64,000 bases of DNA, taken from the IMG/VR virus record IMGVR_UViG_3300042291_000228, positions 38,329 to 102,328 of that record; one strand, 5' to 3'. Numbering within the stretch: the stretch's first letter is position 1; every line of letters starts with the position of its first letter. The notes beneath the pieces are model-generated. The model had not been told where the DNA came from. It made no database searches and saw nothing but the letters and a program-made list of their open reading frames with translations. Origin of the DNA: a virus. Made by a program: the position numbers and the translations under genes. Of this stretch, positions 47,985 to 57,135 are shown piece by piece.

Positions 47985-48811
47985 ATAAATTTTAACTTTG
48001 TTTGTTCAACAGCATCTTTTTGTTCAGAGTTTAAATTCTTTGGAATTTCTATCTGTACTTTAATCAACAAATTGCCCCTGACCTTGGTTCGCATATTAGG
48101 TAAACCTTCTCCACGACAGCTTAATACAGTGTCAGGTTGTGTGCCTGCTGGAATACCTATTGTCAATGTTTTTTTGTCAATGGTTTCTATAGTTATTTCA
48201 GTCCCCAGTATAGCATCCCAGGGAGAAATAAATTTCTTTATCATCAACATGTCGCCCTGTCTTTGAAACACAGAATGTTCTCTGACCATTATATTAACAA
48301 TCAAATCTCCCGGAGGCACATCTTTTAAGGTGTGTTCTCCCATACCTCTATAACGTATTTGTTGTCCATTTTCTATACCCGGCGGTACTTCAATGTTCAC
48401 TAGTCGTTTACTACCACTAGGAATTCCAATTTCTGCATCTATCACTTTTCCTTTAAGAATGTCTTCGAGCGTAACTTCAATGTTTACATTTAATGTTTTG
48501 TTTTTTCTTACTGGGCGCCCACCAAACCCAAAATTACTAAAGACATCTTCAAAGTTTCCTGTGTTGAAATGAAATTCAAACGGACTTCCTTGCCTATAAC
48601 TAGTATGTTGAGCATTGGGATCTACTCCCATATCGAACATCTGTTTCTTTTGAGGGTCACTGAGTGTTTCGTATGCCTCAGTTACTTCTTTAAATTTCTT
48701 CTCATCGCCACCGCGATCAGGATGGTGTTTCATGGCCATCTTTCTGTAGGCAGCTTTGATATCTGCTTCCGAAGCAGATTTTGATATACCAAGTGTATTA
48801 TAATAATCCAT
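47981..48811 (-). CDS. dnaJ: DnaJ-class chaperone (J-domain plus C-terminal domain, no Zn finger)
   Basis: DYYNTLG, KHHPDRGG, G/F region, PGDL, GEGLP. Confidence 0.92.
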   Translation of the reverse strand: MDYYNTLGISKSASEADIKAAYRKMAMKHHPDRGGDEKKFKEVTEAYETLSDPQKKQMFDMGVDPNAQHTSYRQGSPFEFHFNTGNFEDVFSNFGFGGRPVRKNKTLNVNIEVTLEDILKGKVIDAEIGIPSGSKRLVNIEVPPGIENGQQIRYRGMGEHTLKDVPPGDLIVNIMVREHSVFQRQGDMLMIKKFISPWDAILGTEITIETIDKKTLTIGIPAGTQPDTVLSCRGEGLPNMRTKVRGNLLIKVQIEIPKNLNSEQKDAVEQTKLKFI

Positions 48812-48824
48812 GTTCTTAAATAAA

Positions 48825-48850
48825 AATAGGGCCGCAAGCGACCCTATTAT
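48825..48850 (-). terminator. Intrinsic terminator at the end of the lysis cassette
   Basis: atagggtcg-cttg-cggccctat followed by a U tract on the - strand. Confidence 0.7.
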
Positions 48851-48868
48851 TTAAGCGAAATCTTTTAG

Positions 48869-49099
48869 TTACACAATTTTTATCAATGCAGAAACACCAT
48901 ACACCAACATGGTTTTAAATTGTATATCGTCTGCTTCGGATTCTAATATATCGGTTCGAATTAAATCTTGAAGCAGTTCGTTATATTCCGATTGGCTAAT
49001 TTGTCCAGATTGAAATGCTTCAGTAATCTGCAGAGCATATTGAGCTCTTTGAGCCATCGGCCCCTGCCCTTGTGCTAGTTGGTGTAATTCTTGACTCAT
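48869..49099 (-). CDS. Hypothetical protein
   Basis: 76 aa. Confidence 0.6.
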   Translation of the reverse strand: MSQELHQLAQGQGPMAQRAQYALQITEAFQSGQISQSEYNELLQDLIRTDILESEADDIQFKTMLVYGVSALIKIV

Positions 49100-49497
49100 T
49101 AGAATCTCCCTATAACAGTTTTAGCCACTGCAGAGCTTTGTGTAATTAAAATCTTCTTTTTTATATCGCAATAGATTTCTGTACCTTGTTTTTCCAGGCT
49201 ACGTTTATAAAAGTCGTCTACTGTAGATTCCATAGGTTTAACAAGTGTTAGCACATCTTTGGTTCCCTTGCTATCACTATATAAAATAAACCATTGTATG
49301 TTATCTTTAATAACTTTAACCTGTGGTGCATGAGGTTCTTTGCAGTTTAATTTTTCAACACTTTGTCTAATATCAATCACGCTTCTACTTTGATTGTCAT
49401 CCCAAAAACTAGGTATTTGATCTTTAATATTTTGAAAAGAAAAGGTTGCACACCCTTGTAGAAGTGCAACCAGGCCTATTAAAGCTAGACGTTTCAT
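49099..49497 (-). CDS. Putative lipoprotein
   Basis: Lipobox LQGC after a hydrophobic stretch. Confidence 0.7.
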   Translation of the reverse strand: MKRLALIGLVALLQGCATFSFQNIKDQIPSFWDDNQSRSVIDIRQSVEKLNCKEPHAPQVKVIKDNIQWFILYSDSKGTKDVLTLVKPMESTVDDFYKRSLEKQGTEIYCDIKKKILITQSSAVAKTVIGRF

Positions 49498-49718
49498 TTT
49501 TTCTTACCGTCAGGTACTTCTGTAGCTTCGTGTTTTTTGTGCTTCTTAACTTCTTTGCACTCTTGCTTGGGCTTTTTGGTCTTTGGATCAATAACAGGTT
49601 TGCCGTCTTTGCCCTGTAAGTCAACACAGATTTTTTTAGTTTCTGGAGCCTTTTCTTGAGCAACAGCCGGAGCCATTGCAAATGCTGAAACTAATAATAA
49701 TGCTAATAAATTTTTCAT
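49494..49718 (-). CDS. Small secreted basic protein
   Basis: Signal peptide MKNLLALLLVSAFAMAPAVA; Cys pair. Confidence 0.65.
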   Translation of the reverse strand: MKNLLALLLVSAFAMAPAVAQEKAPETKKICVDLQGKDGKPVIDPKTKKPKQECKEVKKHKKHEATEVPDGKKK

Positions 49719-49728
49719 GATCATTCCT

Positions 49729-50262
49729 TTAAATTTGTGGTTGCTCTGGTTGCATAGGTGCAGGCTTGCCACCAAATCCTGCAACTACTGCTGGTGCTGA
49801 AACTGGAGTTGTCCCCCAGCTTGGTGCTGCAGCCGCTGGCGCTCCAAACCCTGCACTGCTACCAAAGCTGCTTGGTGCTGGTGAATTATAACCACCGGAG
49901 TTGCCGAAGCCTCCTGATTGCGGTTGGCCAAATGCTGGAGTCCCGCCCGCAAATCCTGTTGTTGGTGTTTGTAGTCCGCCATTGTTTGCTCCTCCTAGTT
50001 TTTCCTGTGTGCGACCGAATGCCGCAATACCTAGTACTGCACCCATTGCAATGTGGAATAGGCCAGCACCTTGAAGTGTTAACGGATTCCATTGTGTGAG
50101 ACCTGTGCCCACAGTAGTCTGTAACAGACTCCATAGGATAGGAAATACAACCATGTCCATAGTACAGACTAGCATATACATCCAGCCCATCATTGGACGC
50201 CATTTTGAATTCATCCAATCTTCTTTTTTCTGTTCGCTTGCGCTCTTTACTGCTTCTGACAT
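49729..50262 (-). CDS. Holin (3TM GTA-holin-like) with G/P-rich tail
   Basis: KWRPMMGWMY...LGIAAFGRTQEK. Confidence 0.7.
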   Translation of the reverse strand: MSEAVKSASEQKKEDWMNSKWRPMMGWMYMLVCTMDMVVFPILWSLLQTTVGTGLTQWNPLTLQGAGLFHIAMGAVLGIAAFGRTQEKLGGANNGGLQTPTTGFAGGTPAFGQPQSGGFGNSGGYNSPAPSSFGSSAGFGAPAAAAPSWGTTPVSAPAVVAGFGGKPAPMQPEQPQI

Positions 50263-50284
50263 GGTTATCGCTCCTATTTAATTT

Positions 50285-51151
50285 TTATAGACCACTTGCG
50301 CCCATTGTAGCCCACTCACGTGCGCCATTAGGTAATGTCTGCTCACAGGCTAACTGTGCTACCATTGTTGTAACAATACCTGCTACAACAGCCGCACAAC
50401 TTTGTGGAACAATCATTGCACCAGCCGCAACATCGAATGACTTAGCCAATGTAAAGGCAATAGCATCGGTTAAGATTTTCTTGTTGGCTTCGCCGATTGC
50501 TTTACGCACATCGGGAGCCATCCAAATTAATTCAACAAATGCTTGTGCTGTTAAATCACAAGCCGCGCCTAATGCCACAGCACCTACAGTTTCTTTAGCA
50601 GCAAGATATACAATAGCAGTAGCACTTAGTGGGGCCGTTGCCGCTGTAGTTGTTGCTACGCTACTTGGTTCTGGACGATATAATAATACGGCAAATACTG
50701 TGCCTAATGCAACACTAACACCAATCTGGCAGTAGTTGGCATTGACCCACTCGGCCATTAGTTCACCACCACGTGCAACACCATATACACCTGCACGAGC
50801 ACCTTGCTCCATGGCTCTGATAGCTAACTTGCTACCTGCATCAATATCACCAAGAGCGGCATCGGCTACTTTAGCAGACCACATACCGTGACGAGTGAAA
50901 CCAACTTTGGCTTGTCCAGCAGCACTAACTCCGATACCGTGTACTGAGTTAATCGAGTTTCTTGCAAATTGTTCAGCTTGACCAGTAAGATTACCAGCAC
51001 CATCAGTGATCTGTTGACCTGCAACACTGATTGCTTTAGGTGTTTCTTTGATCACAGTATTGATTACATTAGTAGCAGGTTTAACTACTGCTTGTTCAAT
51101 TACCTTTATTGGATTAGGTATTTTAACTTTCTTAAACGGATTCCATCCCAT
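50285..51151 (-). CDS. Hypothetical Ala-rich membrane-active protein
   Basis: Amphipathic N-terminus, several hydrophobic helices, four Cys; AGGAG RBS. Confidence 0.6.
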   Translation of the reverse strand: MGWNPFKKVKIPNPIKVIEQAVVKPATNVINTVIKETPKAISVAGQQITDGAGNLTGQAEQFARNSINSVHGIGVSAAGQAKVGFTRHGMWSAKVADAALGDIDAGSKLAIRAMEQGARAGVYGVARGGELMAEWVNANYCQIGVSVALGTVFAVLLYRPEPSSVATTTAATAPLSATAIVYLAAKETVGAVALGAACDLTAQAFVELIWMAPDVRKAIGEANKKILTDAIAFTLAKSFDVAAGAMIVPQSCAAVVAGIVTTMVAQLACEQTLPNGAREWATMGASGL

Positions 51152-51171
51152 AATAAATCTCCTTTAAATGA

Positions 51172-51441
51172 TTACTTGGTTTTTTGCTTTATTTCGGCAA
51201 CTTCATTACGAAGATACTCAAAATCTTTTCTCAGTAATTCAACATCTGTTGTATTACGTCCTGGTTGTTTAATGTAACTAGCAAATCTTTCATCTGCTAA
51301 TTTGACAGTGTGTTCTAAATCAGCAATTTTATTTTGTGTTGCAGACACATACCAGCTGGCTACTAGTAATGCACTTACCACTGTTATCAAAGTCTTTAAG
51401 GGAACAGTGACTTCGGTCTTTTCATCTATCTGCACTGCCAC
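51172..51441 (-). CDS. Single-TM coiled-coil protein
   Basis: TM followed by heptads. Confidence 0.6.
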   Translation of the reverse strand: MAVQIDEKTEVTVPLKTLITVVSALLVASWYVSATQNKIADLEHTVKLADERFASYIKQPGRNTTDVELLRKDFEYLRNEVAEIKQKTK

Positions 51442-51813
51442 TTACTTCTTCCCACCGTTGTATAATTGTCTGTCTTTGAACTTTTCTAACTCTGCCACAC
51501 GAAACAGCAAGGTTTCAATGATGGCACGGTTTGCGGCCGCACGGGTCACAGCTTCTGTGTTGGCCTGCATCAAGTCTTGGCGCAGTTTTTCACGAGCCAG
51601 TTCAGCACCCATATTTGGTGCTTGTTTGTTGTCCGATGTTACAACCAACTGCATTTTACTTTCGAGAATTGTCAGTTGATGATTGGCATTACTCAGCGCA
51701 TTCATCAAGTACACCACACAGGCAAACATGATGGGTAACACAGCAAATGTTACCTTTTCGATCAGTGCGCCCTTGGCTTCGCCAGCACTCATCTTTTCTT
51801 TGATTTGTTCCAA
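51442..51813 (-). CDS. Single-TM coiled-coil protein
   Basis: TM FAVLPIMFACVVYLM followed by heptads. Confidence 0.6.
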   Translation of the reverse strand: MEQIKEKMSAGEAKGALIEKVTFAVLPIMFACVVYLMNALSNANHQLTILESKMQLVVTSDNKQAPNMGAELAREKLRQDLMQANTEAVTRAAANRAIIETLLFRVAELEKFKDRQLYNGGKK

Positions 51814-51820
51814 TTCCAGT

Positions 51821-52546
51821 TTATTCTCCTCTTAACTTTTCTAATTTGGCAATGTAGTTGGCCATCATGTGATCAAACACGCCAATATACTTTTGACCTT
51901 TTGCCCTGGCTTTCAGTCTACTGCGGGCCATGTCTTTTACTCGTTGCCAAGGAGTTAGATCTCTAAACTCACCATTGAAGTTCATGTACTTGTGTGTGCC
52001 GTGATGATCGAAACCCATGAGTCTAAAAGGAACCTTGGTCACATCATCGCAGTTGTTCTGTACTCTATAATGTTCAACAGTCACACTCTTAACAAATGCC
52101 TTATCACCTACTCTAGGCGAGCCAAATGTTACCAACGCAACCACACGATCCTGCATACGACTAGCAGCAATGGTTGCCATAGCAGCACCTAGGCTGTGTC
52201 CAGTTACATATACATTACCTGGATTGGCTTCTAGTGCAGCAGTGATACTGGGCCATAGTTTGTTGATTTCGCCTTTGAAGCCAACATGTACCTTGCCGCC
52301 ACAGGCTTCGATGTTCTTACCAGACTTTAGGTCTGCCAACACATCTGACTTTTCAGTTACCTCAGTGCCTCTAAATGACAACACGGTAATAGTACCGTTG
52401 GTCAATAGATATGCCTGTGCCCCGTTGATGTCAAAGAATTGAATAATATTGTATCCCAAGGCTTTGAACTTGGCAGTGGCGGTTTTAGGATTGTCATAGG
52501 TAGTTTGCGCTATGTTGGCAAACTCTAATAGTAGTTGTGTTTTCAT
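51821..52546 (-). CDS. Class 3 lipase (alpha/beta hydrolase)
   Basis: SFRGTE, VHVGF, VTGHSLGAAMA, TFGSPRVG, NNCDDVTKVP, DH. Confidence 0.92.
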   Translation of the reverse strand: MKTQLLLEFANIAQTTYDNPKTATAKFKALGYNIIQFFDINGAQAYLLTNGTITVLSFRGTEVTEKSDVLADLKSGKNIEACGGKVHVGFKGEINKLWPSITAALEANPGNVYVTGHSLGAAMATIAASRMQDRVVALVTFGSPRVGDKAFVKSVTVEHYRVQNNCDDVTKVPFRLMGFDHHGTHKYMNFNGEFRDLTPWQRVKDMARSRLKARAKGQKYIGVFDHMMANYIAKLEKLRGE

Positions 52547-52549
52547 TTT

Positions 52550-53113
52550 TTAAAACCAAAGGTATAAGCCGTTTAGACTCAATAGTATTCCAAAGCCAGC
52601 AACGACAAAGCTGCCCCAGAACATAGCAACACTAACTGCTAAAATACTTGCTGATAGCACAACAATTGCTAGTTGGTAGGCGGTACTTGCATACCCAATC
52701 CACGGACTAGATTTTTTAGCCTCTTCACGAACGGCTTCCATTGCTCTTGCTTTTTCAGCAATTTCTTTCTTGTCAGAATCCATACGCTCTTTCTCGGCTT
52801 GGAATTCTGCACGTAGTTTTGGATCAGCAGTTGTTTTCGCGGCAATTTCGTATGTAACCCCGCGCCCTGCCTTGGCTTGGTATTGTGCCCAAGTGTTGTT
52901 AGCACCTAGTGTATTGTTAAGAACTGTACTAGACAACTTGCCACCATACCAAGCATTGACTGCTAGCAATAGTGCAAATACAGAAATAACCATACCTGCT
53001 TTGTCTTTTAATTTTGCTTCACGCTCTGATCTTGATCCCACTGGAGGCTTAGGTGCGTCCGGATCTTTTTGTTCTTTGGTTATTAATTTTAATACTGAAT
53101 CAACTACTGACAT
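52550..53113 (-). CDS. DUF4337-like membrane protein
   Basis: ISVFALLLA...WAQYQAK...YQLAIVVLSASIL. Confidence 0.7.
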   Translation of the reverse strand: MSVVDSVLKLITKEQKDPDAPKPPVGSRSEREAKLKDKAGMVISVFALLLAVNAWYGGKLSSTVLNNTLGANNTWAQYQAKAGRGVTYEIAAKTTADPKLRAEFQAEKERMDSDKKEIAEKARAMEAVREEAKKSSPWIGYASTAYQLAIVVLSASILAVSVAMFWGSFVVAGFGILLSLNGLYLWF

Positions 53114-53145
53114 TTTTCGCTCCTACTTAATATACTATTATTTAA

Positions 53146-53373
53146 TTAAAATCCAAATAAGTTCTTTTTGGGTTCTGTTAAAAACTTCTCTGCAATTGCA
53201 GCACCTTTTGCCCTTACGTGAGCGTCCGGGCTGTTTAACATATCGTTAATCAATGCAGCTTTAGCCATTTGCTCCATTGTTTTATCTCTAGACAAAGATT
53301 TTTCAACCTCAGGACTGGACATAACAGCACACCCTGATAGCATTAGGGCTACAATAATAACTGTAATTTTCAT
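53146..53373 (-). CDS. Putative lipoprotein
   Basis: Lipobox LSGC. Confidence 0.65.
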   Translation of the reverse strand: MKITVIIVALMLSGCAVMSSPEVEKSLSRDKTMEQMAKAALINDMLNSPDAHVRAKGAAIAEKFLTEPKKNLFGF

Positions 53374-53636
53374 TTCACACTCTCGTAAATGCGTTTTTGT
53401 TCAAGATACCAGTCATTCCAACCGTCTACCTTGGCTGCACATTCGTAGTACATACCGTAGTTTTGAACAACTACTTTTAGCATTTCTGTAATTGCAACCT
53501 TGTCGCCTTCTATCTTTTTAAGACTTTCGCATCGTTCAACTAATGACTTAGGAACTTCGGGAAACTTTTGTTTTATTGGAACTGGGGTAGAACAAGCAGA
53601 AAGAATTAGAGCAAGACTTAAAATAATGTATTTCAT
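53370..53636 (-). CDS. o-spanin (Rz1-like lipoprotein)
   Basis: LSAC lipobox, Pro-rich, Cys pair, directly after the i-spanin. Confidence 0.75.
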   Translation of the reverse strand: MKYIILSLALILSACSTPVPIKQKFPEVPKSLVERCESLKKIEGDKVAITEMLKVVVQNYGMYYECAAKVDGWNDWYLEQKRIYESVK

Positions 53637-54121
53637 TTCTTACCCTCGGCAGCCTTATTCATTTCAGCAGCTTGGTTATGTATATCGATAATCTCTTTAG
53701 GCACAGGACATTGTTCGATGTACTTGATAATTTCTTCTTTCTTTACAACTTCACGGTCGAGATACTGTGTGATGTACTCGGTCTTGCCTTTAATCACTTT
53801 AGTTTTTTCAACTATTTTTTGTTCAATGACTGTATTGATTTCCTGTGACTTCTGTTCAGCAACCGCAACTCGTGCTTCAGCTTCAGCAACCTTTGCTCGC
53901 CAAGCCATTTCGGTATCGTAGCCCCCACGCAGCCATACACCCAACACCAGTAATACAATACCAACTGGCTGTAGAATCTTTACATAGTTTCCGTAGAATG
54001 GAATCCACTTGCCTAACCAACCAGCAAGTACTCCAGTAACTCCAGCAGCAATAATGAGCCAATATAAACCGCTTAGTACAGCATCAGGTACTAGACCAAT
54101 CATCCATGCTATCTGGCTCAT
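53633..54121 (-). CDS. i-spanin (Rz-like)
   Basis: N-terminal TMs, coiled coil, C-terminal Cys; directly after the endolysin. Confidence 0.75.
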   Translation of the reverse strand: MSQIAWMIGLVPDAVLSGLYWLIIAAGVTGVLAGWLGKWIPFYGNYVKILQPVGIVLLVLGVWLRGGYDTEMAWRAKVAEAEARVAVAEQKSQEINTVIEQKIVEKTKVIKGKTEYITQYLDREVVKKEEIIKYIEQCPVPKEIIDIHNQAAEMNKAAEGKK

Positions 54122-54750
54122 TAGTGTACCCCGAATATATGCAGGGCGTGATTATAATGTTTAACGCGATCTTCTAGACCAATTGTACCACCGTTGATGC
54201 GTTTGGTCAATGTTAAGATATCACCTGCATCTGCCCACTGGTTTAGTTTGTTTTGTTCCCAGAAGAAACAGGCTGACTGAACTGCTCCTTCGAATGTCTG
54301 TAGATATTCGCTGGCTTCTTCAACTGGGATGTCCAATGATCCTGCAAAGAATGTATAGTTGTTCTTACCGGTTAACTGAATAAGACCACGACCGCAATAA
54401 CGGAATCCGTCACCGCTGGCTTCGTCTCCATTGCCCATACGGTTAGCATAAACTCGGTTAGCAATCATTTCGCCTTTGCCTGCATATTGAGCAGCAATAG
54501 CATCATCAGGAAAATACTTGGGAAACACTCTGCGTAGACTAGCTGCCTTGTAGTTTAAGTTTTCTTTTAGGAAAACAAAGCCGCCGCTTTCGTGAGCGCA
54601 CTGTGCTAGGAAAGCAGCCACACGTTGAGGAGTTGTGATTTCGTACTCGGGAAGTATTTCGTTAATTGCTTCAAACCATTGATCCACATAGGGATTCTTT
54701 GGAATCATTTCTTTCAGTTGTTCTTTTGTAAAGTTAAATGTAAAGCTCAT
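54121..54750 (-). CDS. Endolysin, glycoside hydrolase family 19
   Basis: AAFLAQCAHESGGF..ENLNY, YCGRGLIQLTGKNNY, TKRINGG. Confidence 0.93.
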   Translation of the reverse strand: MSFTFNFTKEQLKEMIPKNPYVDQWFEAINEILPEYEITTPQRVAAFLAQCAHESGGFVFLKENLNYKAASLRRVFPKYFPDDAIAAQYAGKGEMIANRVYANRMGNGDEASGDGFRYCGRGLIQLTGKNNYTFFAGSLDIPVEEASEYLQTFEGAVQSACFFWEQNKLNQWADAGDILTLTKRINGGTIGLEDRVKHYNHALHIFGVH

Positions 54751-55496
54751 TGTTCAATCCTTTGTAATAGCATTGCTTGACCGTTGTTGTCAAACATAAA
54801 TTTGTCGCCTACCTTGTTGATATTGTAGTCGCCTAGTACTTTAGTTAGCCAAAATACTTCACTAGTAGAAGCATCATCCATTATGATAGCGTCTACTACT
54901 CCTTCTAGGATAGAATCAGTAGCAGCTTCTTTTACCATACGCAGTTTGATCTGTTTGTTAAAAGGTTTGTGTATTGTGATAACATCACCGTCTAATGTTA
55001 GATCGTCCATTAGAGTTTTGCTGAAGAAACGTTTAATTCCTTCTGTTTGTAATTTATTTAGATTGCGATCGTATTCATTCGGAGTAGGAGGAACAATGCG
55101 ATCCAATGATTCTTGAGTCATATCAAATTCATCAGACATCTTGTGATATTTAAATTTCCAGTTATCTATTCCTGTAAGTTTCTTAACTCCATAGGTAATT
55201 TCTTCAATTTGCTTAGAAATTTGGGGAGTACGATTCAGTTCAACAAATACAAAATATTCACCCTTGGCGTTTTCTCCAGAGCTAACATCTGAATCTAGCA
55301 CAAACTCAAATCCTTTTTCTATAAATTCCATGACATCCTTAGCAGGATTTCGATCTTTGACTTTGAAAGTGATTACGCAAACATCTCGATCTTCACCCAT
55401 TTTAGATCTGTGACTGTCAATCTCGAATAGTGGATAGATCATTTCTTGTAGATCTAACGATCTCAATCCTTCGTTAAGCTGCTGGTTGTTCTGCAT
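54747..55496 (-). CDS. Hypothetical protein
   Basis: LNEGLR..DL, IDSHRSKMGED, FIEKGFEFVLDSDVSSGE. Confidence 0.65.
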   Translation of the reverse strand: MQNNQQLNEGLRSLDLQEMIYPLFEIDSHRSKMGEDRDVCVITFKVKDRNPAKDVMEFIEKGFEFVLDSDVSSGENAKGEYFVFVELNRTPQISKQIEEITYGVKKLTGIDNWKFKYHKMSDEFDMTQESLDRIVPPTPNEYDRNLNKLQTEGIKRFFSKTLMDDLTLDGDVITIHKPFNKQIKLRMVKEAATDSILEGVVDAIIMDDASTSEVFWLTKVLGDYNINKVGDKFMFDNNGQAMLLQRIEQ

Positions 55497-56007
55497 TTGC
55501 CATATCCTGTACTTGTGCTTCTGCTGCATCGGCCTGAATGTTAACAGCGCCTTGTTGATTTAGAATATCTTCAACTTTGTTTTTATCTAAATTACGATAT
55601 CCACGGTTGATATCGTTCATTAATTTTTTAGGCATAGTGATTTTGACCATCCATATATCTTCTTGATCAATTTTACCTTTCTTTGTCCCGGGTCTAATAT
55701 CATCTGGCTTTTTAATTTTTCTAACTTTGGCCAGTTTAGTTTCTGCAAACTGTACTTTACAGCCGTAGTCTAATAGCCGTTTGCCACCTTGTGGTTCGGG
55801 CATTTGTTCTTTGGGCCACATGAATGTACACTGTACCCAGTATCTACTTTCAATAGGACCTTGGACCAGTTCGCCGTCTATCCAATTATCGTAGACGTAG
55901 GTGTCTAATTCATCGATAACTCTTTCAAAATCTTTTAAAAGATTAAGACTATTGTTAGATCCGTATACGTTTTCTATATTAGCTATAATGTCTTTGATGT
56001 CGGCCAT
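55474..56007 (-). CDS. Hypothetical protein
   Basis: LKDFERVIDELDTYVYDNW..GELVQGP..RYWV; late promoter upstream. Confidence 0.7.
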   Translation of the reverse strand: MADIKDIIANIENVYGSNNSLNLLKDFERVIDELDTYVYDNWIDGELVQGPIESRYWVQCTFMWPKEQMPEPQGGKRLLDYGCKVQFAETKLAKVRKIKKPDDIRPGTKKGKIDQEDIWMVKITMPKKLMNDINRGYRNLDKNKVEDILNQQGAVNIQADAAEAQVQDMANAEQPAA

Positions 56008-56080
56008 AGTATCTCCCATTGTATTTATTCCAGTAGTTTCTTTAACACAACTTATAACTTTTCGAACTTGTTGTTAAATA

Positions 56081-56137
56081 CTGTTGTGTTCGGCCACGGA
56101 CGCCAACGGTTTGAGGTCCGTGCCTAACATTTAACAG
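56081..56137 (+). promoter_or_regulatory. GC-rich structured 5' leader of phoH
   Basis: cacggac/gtccgtg core extended by gg/cc, tgtt/aaca and ctgtt/aacag, abutting GGAGG. Confidence 0.5.
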
Positions 56138-56152
56138 GAGGGCTAACCTTAT

Positions 56153-56896
56153 ATGAAGAGAAGAAAAGCAGCACCGCTGAAAACAGCTAATGCTCATCAT
56201 TACCAAGCGTCTAACGTCATTAACTTAGTAGATAATACATCTTACAAAAAACGTCCTAGAGTTCAAATATATCCCAAAAATCTCAGTCAAGAAGACTACC
56301 TGTTGAAGCTAAACGATCCAAATAAAATGATTGTGTTTGCTACAGGTCCTGCAGGCACGGGTAAAACCATGCTGGCTGTGCAATGGGCTATTGATCAACT
56401 CAAATACGGAGATGCTACCAAGATAATAATTACAAGACCAGCTGTGTCAGTAGATGAAGACCACGGTTTTTTACCCGGGGACCTAAATGAAAAAATGGCT
56501 CCTTGGACAAGACCAATTATGGATGTGGTAGCTGAAAATTACAATTCCAAAGAAATTGAACATATGGTAGCGGAAGGAATCATTGAGACCAGTCCTCTAG
56601 CATATATGAGAGGTCGGACTTTTAAAAATTCAGTAATTATAGCAGACGAAATGCAGAACGCTACGCCTAGTCAAATGAAAATGCTGCTTACTAGGCTGGG
56701 TATCGGATCTAAGATGGTAGTCACTGGAGATTTGCAACAAGCAGACCGTCCGTCAAACAACGGGCTTCTCGAGTTCCTAGGGTTGTATAACAACTTTGCA
56801 AATCACAGGTATGTAGATCTTTGCAAATTTACTGCAGGAGACATTGAACGCCACGAGGCAGTAAAGGAGATATTAACAATATATGGTGATGATTAA
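56153..56896 (+). CDS. phoH: PhoH family ATPase
   Basis: GPAGTGKT, ITRPAV, GFLPG, YMRGRTF, DEMQN, GDLQQ. Confidence 0.95.
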   Translation: MKRRKAAPLKTANAHHYQASNVINLVDNTSYKKRPRVQIYPKNLSQEDYLLKLNDPNKMIVFATGPAGTGKTMLAVQWAIDQLKYGDATKIIITRPAVSVDEDHGFLPGDLNEKMAPWTRPIMDVVAENYNSKEIEHMVAEGIIETSPLAYMRGRTFKNSVIIADEMQNATPSQMKMLLTRLGIGSKMVVTGDLQQADRPSNNGLLEFLGLYNNFANHRYVDLCKFTAGDIERHEAVKEILTIYGDD

Positions 56897-57135
56897 TCTT
56901 TAGGGAGATGGGGGATCAGTTGATCCCCCAATACTCTTTTATACATTTCTAACATATCATCAAATGTAGCTTCTCTGTTGAGACTGTTTACAACACATTT
57001 CTTTTCTTTGAAGTCTAGAATAACCTTGGCACTTTGAATGTGCTTGGTTCTAATATTATTTTTAAACTCTGTTAGTTCGTCCCACTTGCCATTGGGCTTT
57101 TTAACATAAGTCACAATCATATATCTATTATTCAT
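56893..57135 (-). CDS. Hypothetical protein
   Basis: 80 aa. Confidence 0.6.
   Translation of the reverse strand: MNNRYMIVTYVKKPNGKWDELTEFKNNIRTKHIQSAKVILDFKEKKCVVNSLNREATFDDMLEMYKRVLGDQLIPHLPKD
56909..56930 (+). terminator. 10-bp inverted repeat just after the phoH stop (possible terminator)
   Basis: tgggggatca-gt-tgatccccca. Confidence 0.45.

Noticed and set aside
50263-53126. Shared AGGAGCGA upstream of the holin and DUF4337 genes (also at about 4666) as a regulatory repeat
   Set aside because: Explained by a strong Shine-Dalgarno sequence plus a few matching bases; too short to support more.
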